DNA from: Trichoplax adhaerens
Taxonomy: Eukaryota; Animalia; Placozoa
Direction of reading: 5' to 3'
Length of the DNA stretch: 64,000 nucleotides
NCBI RefSeq assembly: GCF_000150275.1
Contig: NW_002060958.1
Location: forward strand, 1,320,088 to 1,384,087
Part shown: piece by piece, positions 25,301 through 37,739 of the stretch
How the letters are laid out: each line of letters begins with the position of its first letter
How positions within the stretch are numbered: position 1 is the stretch's first letter
Program-made: the position numbers and the translations under genes
Notes under the pieces: model-generated
Databases searched by the model: none
The model's input: the letters and a program-made list of their open reading frames with translations, nothing else
Told to the model about the DNA's origin: nothing

Positions 25301-28300
25301 AAAAGTAAATCGTAAGTATGAAAGTTAATGTAGATTCTTATGCTACATTATTATAGAATAAACTATCATTACTTTCACAATAGAAAAGGTACCAAGTGAG
25401 TAAACTAACAGTAATAGTTACTGCTATTAGTAAGGCTTAGATTCTGCATTAGGTTTATAAGAACATACACATAAACAAATGTATGTTTATACTTTTATTA
25501 CATGAGATGAAATAAAATATCGAATTATGACCTGTTATTTTCAGCGCGAATTATTAGTATGGTATAGTATTAAGAAAGACATAGAAATTACTCTATTTTC
25601 TGTATTAATATAGCCGATGATAAAGTTGACGGTTGTAATAAAATAAGTAATTTCACTATATAGTGGAGAAAAATGTATGGAAAATCGAGAATTTGATGGT
25701 TATTCACCTATGAAACGCCTTATTGAGAAATTACCAACGGTAGCTGAAGTAAGTAATATACTTATGACGATGAAATCGATATTAACATACAAGAATAAAA
25801 CATGCATCTGATTATTATTATTTAGGATGCGCTAAATAAGAGTGTTAAATTCACTACCAGAGCTAGAGACGATTGGAAACAAGTATAGTTTCTATTTTAT
25901 ATAGATTGAACTAAAATGAACAATTGAACATGTAAAGTTACCCGCGTTTCGATATACTAAATTGTATATTAATTTATTGACTTTGCGATAGGTGGTATTC
26001 GATTTCCGCTATCTAGAAGTAGATCCTTTTGATACACAATTTAAGGAAGCAGAAGAAAAGTATCTAGCTGTAGAGGTAAATATCCAAAATTTTGTAGCAG
26101 CATTTAATTGGTAATGGCATGATACAAGGTGTATGCAGGCTTACCAGAGATGGAATGATTATAAACCCGTCATTAGGTGTTTTTATTTAATTTAGTTATA
26201 CAATATTTAGTTTAAATAAACGAAGGCTAGCATATAATTTATCTGAGATATTTTATTGATAATAAAATAAAATTTAGACAATGCAGCAATATCAACGTAA
26301 GAATCTGATGATGCATCCAGTTGTGACAGCCTATCGACATTTTAAGTGGTACGATATTGGAATAACAATCATTCAGTCGCTAGATAGTACACTACTGAAA
26401 ATATTTTTAAGTTTAATCCTATTCTTTGTAGTAAAATTTTACATTTGCATAACTGTCATTGTCGCTATAGAACTTACTTTAGGTTAATCTTATTTCTATT
26501 TCTCGTTATTATCTAGGAACGCCTGCATGAAACATCTATATTATGCCGGATTACTATTTAGGCTTATTTTTCTAGCCGGAATAGTTATTCCGATCAGCAT
26601 GAACAACCATGATTATATTATATTTAGGACAACGTACGATGAAAGTGTCATGGGATTAAACTTAACTCCAAGTCAATTAAATTATTACGTAAGATTTGTA
26701 GAGATACTCGTAATAGTTAACACCGAAAATATACATAACTTATAGCAGAGATTATCAGGTGTTACTAGTTATTTCTTATAAATGACATTGTAAAGTGCAG
26801 TAGCTTATAAATACCCGTAAAACATACCTGAGAATTTAATATAACATTGTGTTATGTATTTATAAAATTTCAGATTAGTCCGTCGATGAGCTCTCGAAAT
26901 TATATTATTTTTGGCGCTGTTTGCATTGCTGTTATGGCTCATCTGATACAAATTGTAGTCTGTGTAAGTATTTTAAAGCATGCAAATAAGCTTTAGCATG
27001 TAGTCTTGCAAACCATGATTTTAACACAGAATTTATGAGGAAGGTTAAGCACAAAACAAGAAAGGCAATTTATGCGATTGTTAAATTTTGAGCTATATAT
27101 AAGAAATCAAGATTGAATTATTATATTTATTCTTAAGACATTATTCTATTTTAGCCTAAGGTATTTTTGAAATCAATAGCTGAAGTTATATGGCAACTAT
27201 TATTTGAAGGGGCTGCTTTATTCTACTGCCTTCCGTTTGGTACTACTGTGTATCCGGAAAAATTACAAATAGGAGCATTAACCGTTTTACTAATAATGCT
27301 TACATTTCTGAGCAGCTTAAGAAGGTTTGTGAAGTACATGAAGCTATAGCATTGCGCTATCATGTGTTAAGATACTAGTTCTATCATTCAGATGCAATGC
27401 TTTGACATTCGCTGAGTGAAATTCATTCCAGAAAAGTCTTGTTTGATTAATGAAATGCACGCTTTCTTAAAATTCGTACTTTGTAACAAAAGTACTTAAA
27501 ATCACAAAACCGATCTAGATGTACGTCTACAATCTAATATACGGCTTAAGATCAACAATATATTGTCGCGGCAGTATTTACGACTGATAATTTATGATAG
27601 TAAGCATTTCTTCATAATTTCTTATTCTTGAAATAATTTTATTTTGTAGAGCATATGGTATCGGAATTTATATTTCAATGCTATTTGCAACGTTAAGAAC
27701 AATCTTAAAAGTATCTTTGACCATGGTACTTTTTCTTCTGGCTTTTTCTGTTGCATTCTACATGTTGTTAACCGATATGGTAATAATCTCAGTTTCAACA
27801 TGGATAATAATAAAAAAATATACATGGGCATGCTATGACTATAAATCCGGTAATTTGATGCTTTATATCGCACCCTTTATAGCCTATGTTTTCACAAGTA
27901 GAATATGGCGTATTTCGCATTATGACCATGGTTGCCGGAGATATCAGCTATAGTGAAATATTTGACCATCTATATTCTAATGGAAGACGGCAAGTGTTAT
28001 GGGTAGTATTTACCGTTCTAACTGGCGTTGTTATCTTCATTAATGTGGCGTTTGCTAACCTGCTGGTAAATTCTTCAACATACCAATCTAAGTATTTAAG
28101 TAAATTGATCCACAATCTATTATATGTAAAGAATTCTATAGCCGGAAAGCGTTATACAGTTCACTTCATGAGCGAGACAGCTTAGTTACAAGAGGTTACG
28201 CAATTATATATATAATCTAGCCAATGTTAAATAGATGAAATTTAATCAAAACTTCTAAATTCTTCAAGATATTAGATTCCGATCCGAAGTAGTAGTCATA

Positions 28301-30099
28301 TTATCCAAAAATGATTGATTATAAAATGAAAAGTATAAGTACACGTGTCTTAACCGAGATTGTAACACAAGAATTAAACGGGATTCTTTCCTCTAAAGTA
28401 GACTTAACTATCTAAGCAACTAACTCTAAGCACTCTTTAATCAACCAAACTTAGATTCGAGTCTTAGAGGATAGATTACTCACGTTAAATACGACATAGC
28501 ATAAAGTACGCAAAGTGCAAAGAGTGTGGGTTTTATTCGTGTTTAATTAATGCCAATTCTGTAACACAAACGTTGAAAGAGCTAAGCAACGCAGATTTAC
28601 TGTGATACAAGATAGAATAGTATAATTATACACCGGTGGAAATTCTCCTTTCAAGATATTTGTAAATATTTACTCCATAGCATCATTCATGATTAGTTTA
28701 CTTGCATTCGGAGTGAAGTTCTTGGTATTGCGTAAACAAATAACAGGTTGATACTGTACATAAAGACTAACTGAAGCAATAGCTATCTTCCTTCGTAGTA
28801 CAAATTAATTATTATCAGTATTTTGCAAATCAACCTAGTGTATTTGTTCTTTATCGTATAATTTCTAACTTTAAGTAAATAAATGATGTGGTGAATCTAT
28901 CGGCAGCCTTGCTGTTGGTGTGGACACAAATACATTTTACTGTTATTGTAATTAATAAGTTTATACGTTATGATGCAAGATATGTAATTATATATGCGGT
29001 ATTTATTTATTTATGCAAAACTGATACGGTACGCCATATTGACAGTCGAGCTCGAATGTTTTCTTTATAATTCGGAATCTAATGTTACCAAGATATACGA
29101 AATTCGCGATTATAATTTCATGAAATGAATACAATAGCTTATGCCGGGGGCTGTTAATGCTGCAGACAGCATAACCATTTTACTCAAGTATTTACTGTTA
29201 TGAAATCTAAATTTAAATCAATGTAAATTTCTTAAAGTTGAGAGGCTTTGCATTGCAAATATAAATTTGTATAAAAATGATGCAATTAATAATGTTGCGC
29301 AAAGCTGTGATCACAGTAGATATGGTGGTGTTTTGTCTTGGACTTATAATAGATCAGATTAATAGATTAAATTTCATTATATTTAGGTAGGTCTAGCAGT
29401 CGGAGATATTGCTAAAATTAGAAAAAGTGCAGATTTGGCGCTTACTAAACTTGATCTTGAAGTCATAATCGATTTACAAAGTTATCGCTTCCCAGCATGG
29501 ATACAAAGGCGATTATACAAGCCGTCTCTTGCTATCCAGATTGATAAGAATTCAGGATACTTAAAAAGGGTATCCTTCTGTAACCAAATAAACTGTGTAT
29601 TAATTTAATCCATTTACAATTTATATTCACTTTATACAGAAAAATTTAGTAAGTTTTTAAGCGTTTACATTTGTGTTATTTTCGAATGCATTGATTGCAA
29701 TAGAGGGAATGGTCCCAACTTACGACCAAGTTAAAGCTCCATCTTCCTAGTGATAAACACGTCGATCGCGAGACTAATTCAAGTTCTATACAGCATCAAG
29801 TTACTAGACAGCAATTAGAGTGAGTTTTAGCATTTAATTTTATGAAACATGCTCTTACAATTTACAGTATTTCTACTATAATTAAGACCAACGTTGACTG
29901 AATGCTATAACGAATAATTTGTTATATGCAAAAAGCATAAAATTCTCTTATTTGAATAGCATTGCAAATTATTTTGACTTTTAGTTTGCAAGATTTACAA
30001 CACCAAGTTCAAGAGATCAAGTCCGATATATCCAATAAATTTGCCTTATTGGACACTAAAATAAATAAACTGCTCGCTGCTCATGAAATACAGGAATAA
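19375..30099 (+). CDS. TRPA1: TRPA1-like cation channel, copy B (tandem paralogue)
   Basis: Same exon structure as copy A (MDSSNIDEV start, ankyrin repeats, TMVAGDISY pore, NLLVGLAVGDI, ends LLAAHEIQE*). No disablement seen in the exons read. Confidence 0.9.
20450..21083 (+). mobile_element. Solo LTR (634 bp) in TRPA copy B intron 1
   Basis: TGTAACA...TGTGACA termini. TSD GAATG/GAGTG; empty site GAGTA in copy A (~5575). TATAAA (~20880) followed by AATAAA (~20901). Confidence 0.9.
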
Positions 30100-30490
30100 T
30101 TAACATTGGTAGCCCTTTAACGTGTATAGAAATTGTATTAAGGGCACATTACAATTTGAACTAATTAACCATCCAAGCATGAATAGTGATACCTTAGATA
30201 TATGTAAATCGTTATGTTTACATTCATATTCTTATTATTTATGCTTTGTAGATTTTTCTTTAACAATATCAACTGTTCTGGAAGCTATTGTAATTAATAT
30301 TTTTCTCATTAGTGAATCTAATCACCAATACTGATGCCAGGATAACAAAAAGTGTCTACTCGTATTTAATCATATATTTTCTCTAACGCTTTAATTCAAA
30401 TTTACCATATTATTAAAGCTATAAATTTTAGGATATCTTGTGAATAGAACAAACGTTCCTTGCCTTTATTAATTAAATAAGATTTGTATT

Positions 30491-31078
30491 TGTCACGGTA
30501 CGCCGTTACTAATTAAGTAACTGTAAATTAATGAATGCTTATGAATAGATAAGATAAGGTTATGTGCTTTGTTTTAATGCGCTTGTAGCTGATAATAGGA
30601 TGGTAGAAATGAGATAAAAATAGAAGTTTTTAGCAGTTAATTTACTGTAGGTTTATAAGGTGTGTTAATCTCTAAAAATTGAGCTGTATATGGACGAAGG
30701 TTAAGCGTCTTAACACCTGATAGCTTGCAGCTATCTAAGTCTGAGAATATCGACATGTATATTTAGTAATGGTATTATACTAATTAATGTAACTTGTAAA
30801 GCATGAATTCTCACTCGTTAATATTGGAATTCACTGTAGAAACCTATTTAAGCGCGTGTGTTTGTAGAATAAAGTAGGTAATTGCTCAAGAAACGGCAAG
30901 ACTCATATCGTGAAGAATAGTGTAATAATTAGTCAGTTGTCTGTGGAGATCAGCCGAGAAATCGAGTTCTCAAATACTTCTCTCATAGAAACTGAAAGTA
31001 CTGGGAGAAATAGCCCAAGTTTTAAGTAACTACACTAGAGTTCTTTACTTTCCTTTGCCACAAGTGAGGGTTGTGACA
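30491..31078 (+). mobile_element. Solo LTR (588 bp)
   Basis: TGTCAC...GTGACA perfect inverted termini. Perfect TSD GTATT (30486-30490 / 31079-31083). TATTTAA (~30845) then AATAAA (~30868). Confidence 0.9.
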
Positions 31079-34000
31079 GTATTCTATCGCTTAAGTCTCA
31101 AGCAATAAAATGCGTTCGGAATACTTGAAGTTCGAGAAGAAACTACGAGGCTCTTCGTGCAGTAAGCAGTAGCTTTTGCTTTCTGCTATTAGCTAAGGAA
31201 ATAGATTTGGAAAGGGCTATTTGATTGTAATCTTTAAGGTGAAATATGCTTCAATGGTTTTAATGTTAGTTGGTGCGTTTTGTAAAGTAATCGAGTCAGG
31301 ATTCACCTTTAAAGTTACCGTAAGATCGTAAAATTTTCCTCTAAAGCTTTTAATCATATCGAAGACTACCCAAATAGCTAATGTTCTCGGAGTACATAGT
31401 CCTAATTCAACACACTTAGAAAATATTTCAGGAATGCAGAATAAACTTACAATGTTTGATATTTTCATCAAATAATTGGTATTACAGCTAGTTAGGGAAG
31501 GGCTTGTAAGTCCTAATATACTGTACTTTAAGCCTATGATAAGCTAAATCATTATCTTTTTGATTAAATATGATGGTCTAAATACGATTTTTTACGTCAA
31601 AAATCTACCTACGACTATCGCTCAATGATACATAAGATCTTTACAATGACAGCTAGAATCTTAACATTCCTAGCACAATATGACGATACTGCTCTAGTTT
31701 TTCAGTTATAGAGGATAGTTAGTAGACGTAAGGGTAATAATCTTCCTATGAATTACTAATTCATTGTAAGAGGCAGCAGTCCTGAAAACTTATCCTGTTG
31801 TACACATAGTAGTTCTTAAGCTTCTACAAAATTTCTAGCGTTCAAGGCCTAGTGAATGATATACCGATGAATATACTCCTATTAATTAGTAACGAGCAGT
31901 CATTTCGGAAATAACACATTACTTTCTAGATTTTCTAATACTTAAAGTTCTAAATATACTAAATCTTATATGAGAATCTGTGAATGAAATGATACTTTAT
32001 TAAAAGCATGATGTAATGAATGTTATGTAGATGTAATATAAGTATTTAGAATTTAAATAGCTTGATGGTACGAACTTTCATACAAGATACCTATATTAGA
32101 TATATTGCAATTCATTTACATATATTTCTCTTAGTTAATGTTAATTAGATTTAAATGCTAATATTCGAGAATTATACGGAAATCATTGGTAATTTTTATT
32201 AAAATTTTGATATCATGCAATGTTTCACAGGTAAAATATATTTGTTAGTCTTGGCCAATGTTTATTTATATTTCATATATATTCCAAAGATCGATATAAA
32301 TTGCTTTGGGAGACTCGCGTATTCCTAAAAGGTTATCGCATGCTGACAATTTATCAAACGTTGGATAAATCAGTACATTATACCATCACTGGCAATGCTA
32401 TCGCCTTATTTTTTTTATATAAATCCATTTTAATTCGATTTAATTAAATTGATATTTTTATCTAGAAGTTTAATTAGATTAAATCCCGATATGATTCCTT
32501 AATTACTAACGAGCCATGTTCGTATTTGATATTAGTACAAATTGACGACCAAAGGATCATCAAGAAAATTCATATCTGAAAGTGAATACGAGTATATACG
32601 CGAAGACGTAGCATGAATTTAGAGCTTAGGTGATAACTTGATGGGGAATTAGATTAGTATGGGGACTTATGACCGAAAATATAAAATTTATAAGAAGCAG
32701 AGAAATTTTTTCCTTTCTTATAATCCTGGTCAAATGTGTTGCACGATTCAGTAGTGTTGTAAATATTCGGCCTTCTAGCTTTGAGATTCCATTTTTTGGG
32801 ATTAAATAATCAATATACATCATGGCATCAGTAAAAAATTAATACCATCAGAAAATGATATTATATACTGAGTATCTTTCCTGTAATTATTTTAGATTAC
32901 TAGGAATAACTCATAATATGTGAATGGCTATCGGTATGGATACATGGGTAATTAAATTATGTCATCTCATCAAAATTAAACTAACACCAACCCAATTAAT
33001 ACTATATCAGTAATCTTAAATTTCAGTGCATGTCTTGGCCTGCCCTTGGCTAAATTAAATAAATATTTTAGGTTAAACAAGAGGAAAGAATTTGTGTTGA
33101 CTTGTTGTGTCATCGACCAGTACCCCAATCTTATAATAATCTAATTATGCATAATTTAAGTCTTCACTAAAAATAAAATCTAATTTAGATTAAGATAAAT
33201 GCCTTTACGTAATGATTACACAGCTTTATTTTAGCCTATATTTTTTCTGAAATCCCGTTTAGGCGGTTGCGTTGCCATAAGATAACATGCCAGCAATAAT
33301 TCGAATGATTGCCAAGCTACTTTAAAGGGTTAAGCGGCTTCTATTAAATTACTAGTCTAATCAATATAAATAAGTGTTGAAATTACTCATGTGTCTTTAC
33401 TTGACTATGGACGGAGATATTCGATTTTAGAGTTTTATATCTCAGCCGAATATTTTAAAGATGCAATTTAGCTGATTACGAAAATCACCTGTCAAGGTTA
33501 AATCTTGACCTAGTTGTTGGAGTAGCTTCCGGAACCTCTTTACTTGGATGATTATAATATAGAACTCCAGTAGATAATTAATTAATAGAATTTAGATATG
33601 AACATCATGATGGCTATGAGTTCACTAATGTTTATTTTGGATGCCCTTGGCTTTAAACTAGTTAAAAGCCTGTTATTGACAGTAATACTGTAGTTACATG
33701 GGGAAGTAGTTAGGAAATATTTGATGACTATAGTAGATTAAAGACCAACTACTGTTTTTTACTGTCGTCAGCGGATGCGTGCTGTTCTGATCAGAAGGTA
33801 TATAAGCAAAGAAACAGCCTAATCCAGCTAAATTTGAATCTTAGTTCATCGGATTGCATAACAAGCTACTTTACGTGCTCAAACTTATTTCATTCCTGTT
33901 AGAGATAGCTTACTCAGGTAGCATTATTTAAATAGGCCTAAGCGCGTGTCTAAAAATTAAAAAAAAACTAAACTTTGAGATTAAAATCATAGAACATTTT

Positions 34001-34175
34001 ATTATACGATTAGATAACAATTTTTCAGCTGATTAACCAAAAATTTACTTTGCTATTTATCTACAGTATACCTCTAACATTGCATCCTTGGCTTTTACAG
34101 ATCATATGTTTGTGATCTAAAAAATTACTTGAATTAAGAAAAAAAAATTTTAATTTATTTCGAACCGAAAAGAAA

Positions 34176-35459
34176 ATGGTTGCGGATCTTATGTCAGAGA
34201 GAGAGGCAATGATGAAGTTACGAGAAAGACTCTTGATTATTGCTAGCCAAGAAAGGTTCGAGCCATGTAGAGAAATCAAATTTACTGATTTAAGTTAGTT
34301 TACAAGAGCAGTAATAGTTAAATGATTATTGTATTCAGATCTTTATTTCCTGCCTACGAACCAGAATAATTATTTTAAATACTTATTTTGCATAACCAGT
34401 AGCTCGTTCATCCAGCGAAAGAAATCTCAAAGAATGCTCAAATTACAGCTAAAGAAGATGCAGCAGAATTATACAAAACGATATTATGGTAAGGAATCGG
34501 AGAGCGACGATGACGACACTACTACAAATGACTATAGCAGGGAGCATTATTATGTAACAAGGCGACTGAAGAGAAGAAATCGTAATGGTCGATATGGTCA
34601 ACGATCAGCTTCTATTTCATCAAATGGCCTACTCGATAATTGTAATACTGAAAATCTTCCGCCGTATAAATTAAGTCATAATCGCTTACCGAAAAAAACC
34701 TTAATGAAATGGAAAGATTCCAATATAAATTTCACTACAGATTGTGTATCAAATTTTAGTGATGATGGAAGTGATAGCTCTTGCCAATACTCAAAATTCA
34801 TAGATAGTACAACTTCAGGAAAGAAGCTTTTGCAATCACGCGTGATTGTGGATGCTGGATCAGAAATAGAATCAGAACCAGAACTAATTCAAGATTCATC
34901 ATCCGTAACGGCAACTGAGAATGGAATGAACTTTTCTTCTTACGCTTGTGGTGTGAATAGACATACAGATCAAGAAGTTAGCAAATGTAATGAATTTGAA
35001 GAAATGGCAAATGAAGCGGCAAATAATCAGCAAGGAAGGGCTCAAATGTCGATTGCAAAGCTTAATAATTTGTCTAGACATTCTACAATTACATCGAATA
35101 CAACTAATAATAATATTGCAAAAACTACGTCTATTACAGTCGATACGGAATCACACCAAGAAGATATAAATCAAGTGAAAGCGAAGCATGGTCAACTTAA
35201 GCGTTTAAGAAAGATATTCAAAAAATCGGTACCATTAAGACTACTTTCCCTGTTCCGATCGACTCTTTTCTCTGTTGATAACGAAGCTAGCAATAAGGAC
35301 AATTCTAGAAGCGATGGGTTTTCTTCAGGCACTGATAGTCTGGATTTTCATTTATTTTCTTGTATGGGAAAATCTGAACAAGAAATGCATAATTCAAACG
35401 AATGTTTAAATACGTGTTTATATCATAACCAGCTATCTCCGGTTTTGACACCCATTTAG
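34176..35459 (+). CDS. Uncharacterised ~378-aa protein with a helical/basic N-terminus and a Ser/Asn/Asp-rich, probably disordered remainder (exons 34176-34255 and 34403-35459)
   Basis: ORF of over 1 kb in AT-rich DNA. Exon MVADLMSEREAMMKLRERLLIIASQE splices in phase 2 (AG|gt...ag|C) into SSFIQRKKSQRML. No recognisable domain. Confidence 0.7.
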
Positions 35460-37739
35460 ATCACTATGCAATGTAAATAAATTCTTTCAATTAACTTAGT
35501 GTATCTTAAAAATAAGACAAATTAAGGATAAATTATGGGCTAATTATACAAAGGTATAAGCGATAATATAATTAGCAGTTCGCAAAACGTTCTCAGGTGA
35601 TGCTTGATAAATTCGATTTAAGCACATCTTAGTTCTGATATATATTATTTGCGATTACCGTATTTCTGTTCTATAGCCTTTCTATTTAGTGAAAAAGTTT
35701 AGGTAATTAAAAGTGAGAATTTCAAAAATTTTTCTGTAGCAACAGTCAACATTTTGAAAATGATGTCTGTAGGATCAGTCCGGACTATATATCATTACGT
35801 ATTATATATTAGTAATAGCCTGTATAGTCTGTAACACTGAGTCAGAATTATAAATTAAATTATATGTTCATTAAATAGATAGTTACGTCTCTTGCTTATT
35901 ATTCTTGAGGTCAAAACCTGTTCTATTTAATGAATAATAGCTGTAATCTAATTTAGAATCGCTGAAATTTAAACACTCCATTCCTATTTCTGTTGTTCTT
36001 CTTTCACGTGATGAAAGCGAAAAATAATTTTTATATAAAAGAGCTAATGTGTATTATAATTACTAATTGTGAATTTAGAATATTGAATTACTCGATCTGT
36101 CATCCTGTTTAAGATATTTTCAGAGCTTCGTTAATGTGTGTATACTCTTCGAACCTCCTGCTCGATTACTTGTATATATATACAAACTTTTTAAATATTT
36201 TTCCATATGGAATATGGAACTATCATGACTATAATAAAAATAAAAAATCGTTAATAATATAATAATTAGAGTCCATATATTTTTATTACGTATATAATGG
36301 AATAGTTGATATCTTACATTGAAGATATATTTTCCTTCAGTATTATGCAATGCCTCCCACTTATACTGTCTTCAGACCTCGTAGTTTTGCAATTAATCCT
36401 GAGTGGCAATTGCAAACAGTTTCTAGGTTACAGTAGTAATTCTTGATGGATTAGACTAAGAACTACAGTACTACTTTACCCATAAATTTCTATTTCGATA
36501 AGCCGTCATTTGAGATATGTCACGACATCTTTTATATGCAATGCAGTGAAGTATCGTAATTATGCTCAACCAACTCAGCTTGATGCAATTCTATATTGCC
36601 ATCGGCTGCGTTAATAAATTTTAATTAGATTTATATCAATTATTCTTACGGCGCAGCTGTATAGGTATGCCACATTTAAGATCATCAAGGAGAAATTGTT
36701 TAGGTACTAAACTCAATTATTAGAAACGATCAATCGGTTTATAGAAGTATGCCTACGGTACTTCTTAAGGTCATCAAATTATACATATTTAACCGAATGG
36801 TAATCAACAGTAAATACGTTCCAGTTCAATAGCTCGGATGGTTCAGAATGTCATTCTATAAAGATTGAATTTAAACAAAGGAAAGTTTGATTTCGAGATT
36901 CCATCGTGACTAAAGCACTGCCACTCAGCAGAGAGTGTAATATAGTTTAAATTTTATTACATCTGTAAATTGTGGTATCCATTTGTTATAACTACTATTC
37001 CAACGCAACGACTCAACAATACAATAATACTGGTCATTTTATAATCATGTCAATCGTCTTACCAATTAAACGAAGCAAAATAAATTAGCTAGCTAAATTT
37101 CTGGGTGTTTTAAAACCTTAAACAAACGTAGTAGATCGTCACTGCTAATAGTATACTACTGCAAGTCTCACGAAACCTATCAATTGCTACGTAGAGAAAT
37201 AAAATTATATTGCTAAGTATACCGAACAGTTGTGAGAGACTCAGAAAACGCTGATGTGGATAAAGTGTTAGGATCGCAAGAATTTGAGTTAATTTTTCTG
37301 AACAAATCCATCGAAAATATTCAATCATCCTCAGTCAAAGTTTAAGTTTACTCCTGGAAAAGGATTTTATTTATTCACTAATACAGTATACGTTTTGTAG
37401 GACACAAGTTATCCATAGGAAGACATTTAAAATTATAAAAAATTAACCTACAGCCAAACTATCGGCCAAGGTTAAAGTTAGACTTCAAAGTTTGTGTAAT
37501 ACGCGTATAGTATACAATACAATACAGGAAGATATGTGTATGAGCCAAGATGTCGATTGCTGAATCGAATAGAGACAAAGTCAACATTTCGAACAAAATA
37601 TGATGTTAGCGATACGATAAAATGCACACCTATAATAATATTTAAAAAGTCAATCCTGCCAAGTCGATTTGAAGTATTGAAAGATAAAGAATTAACACGT
37701 TATAGCTGTTACCGGCTGCAAATAAATCACGTATTCAGT

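Noticed and set aside
31490-31970. Polypurine tract followed by TGTAAG as a possible 3' LTR
   Set aside because: No CA end, TSD or recognisable pol sequence.
33271-33286. RFX X-box-like GTTGCCATAAGATAAC upstream of the orphan gene
   Set aside because: Spacer longer than consensus and second half-site imperfect.
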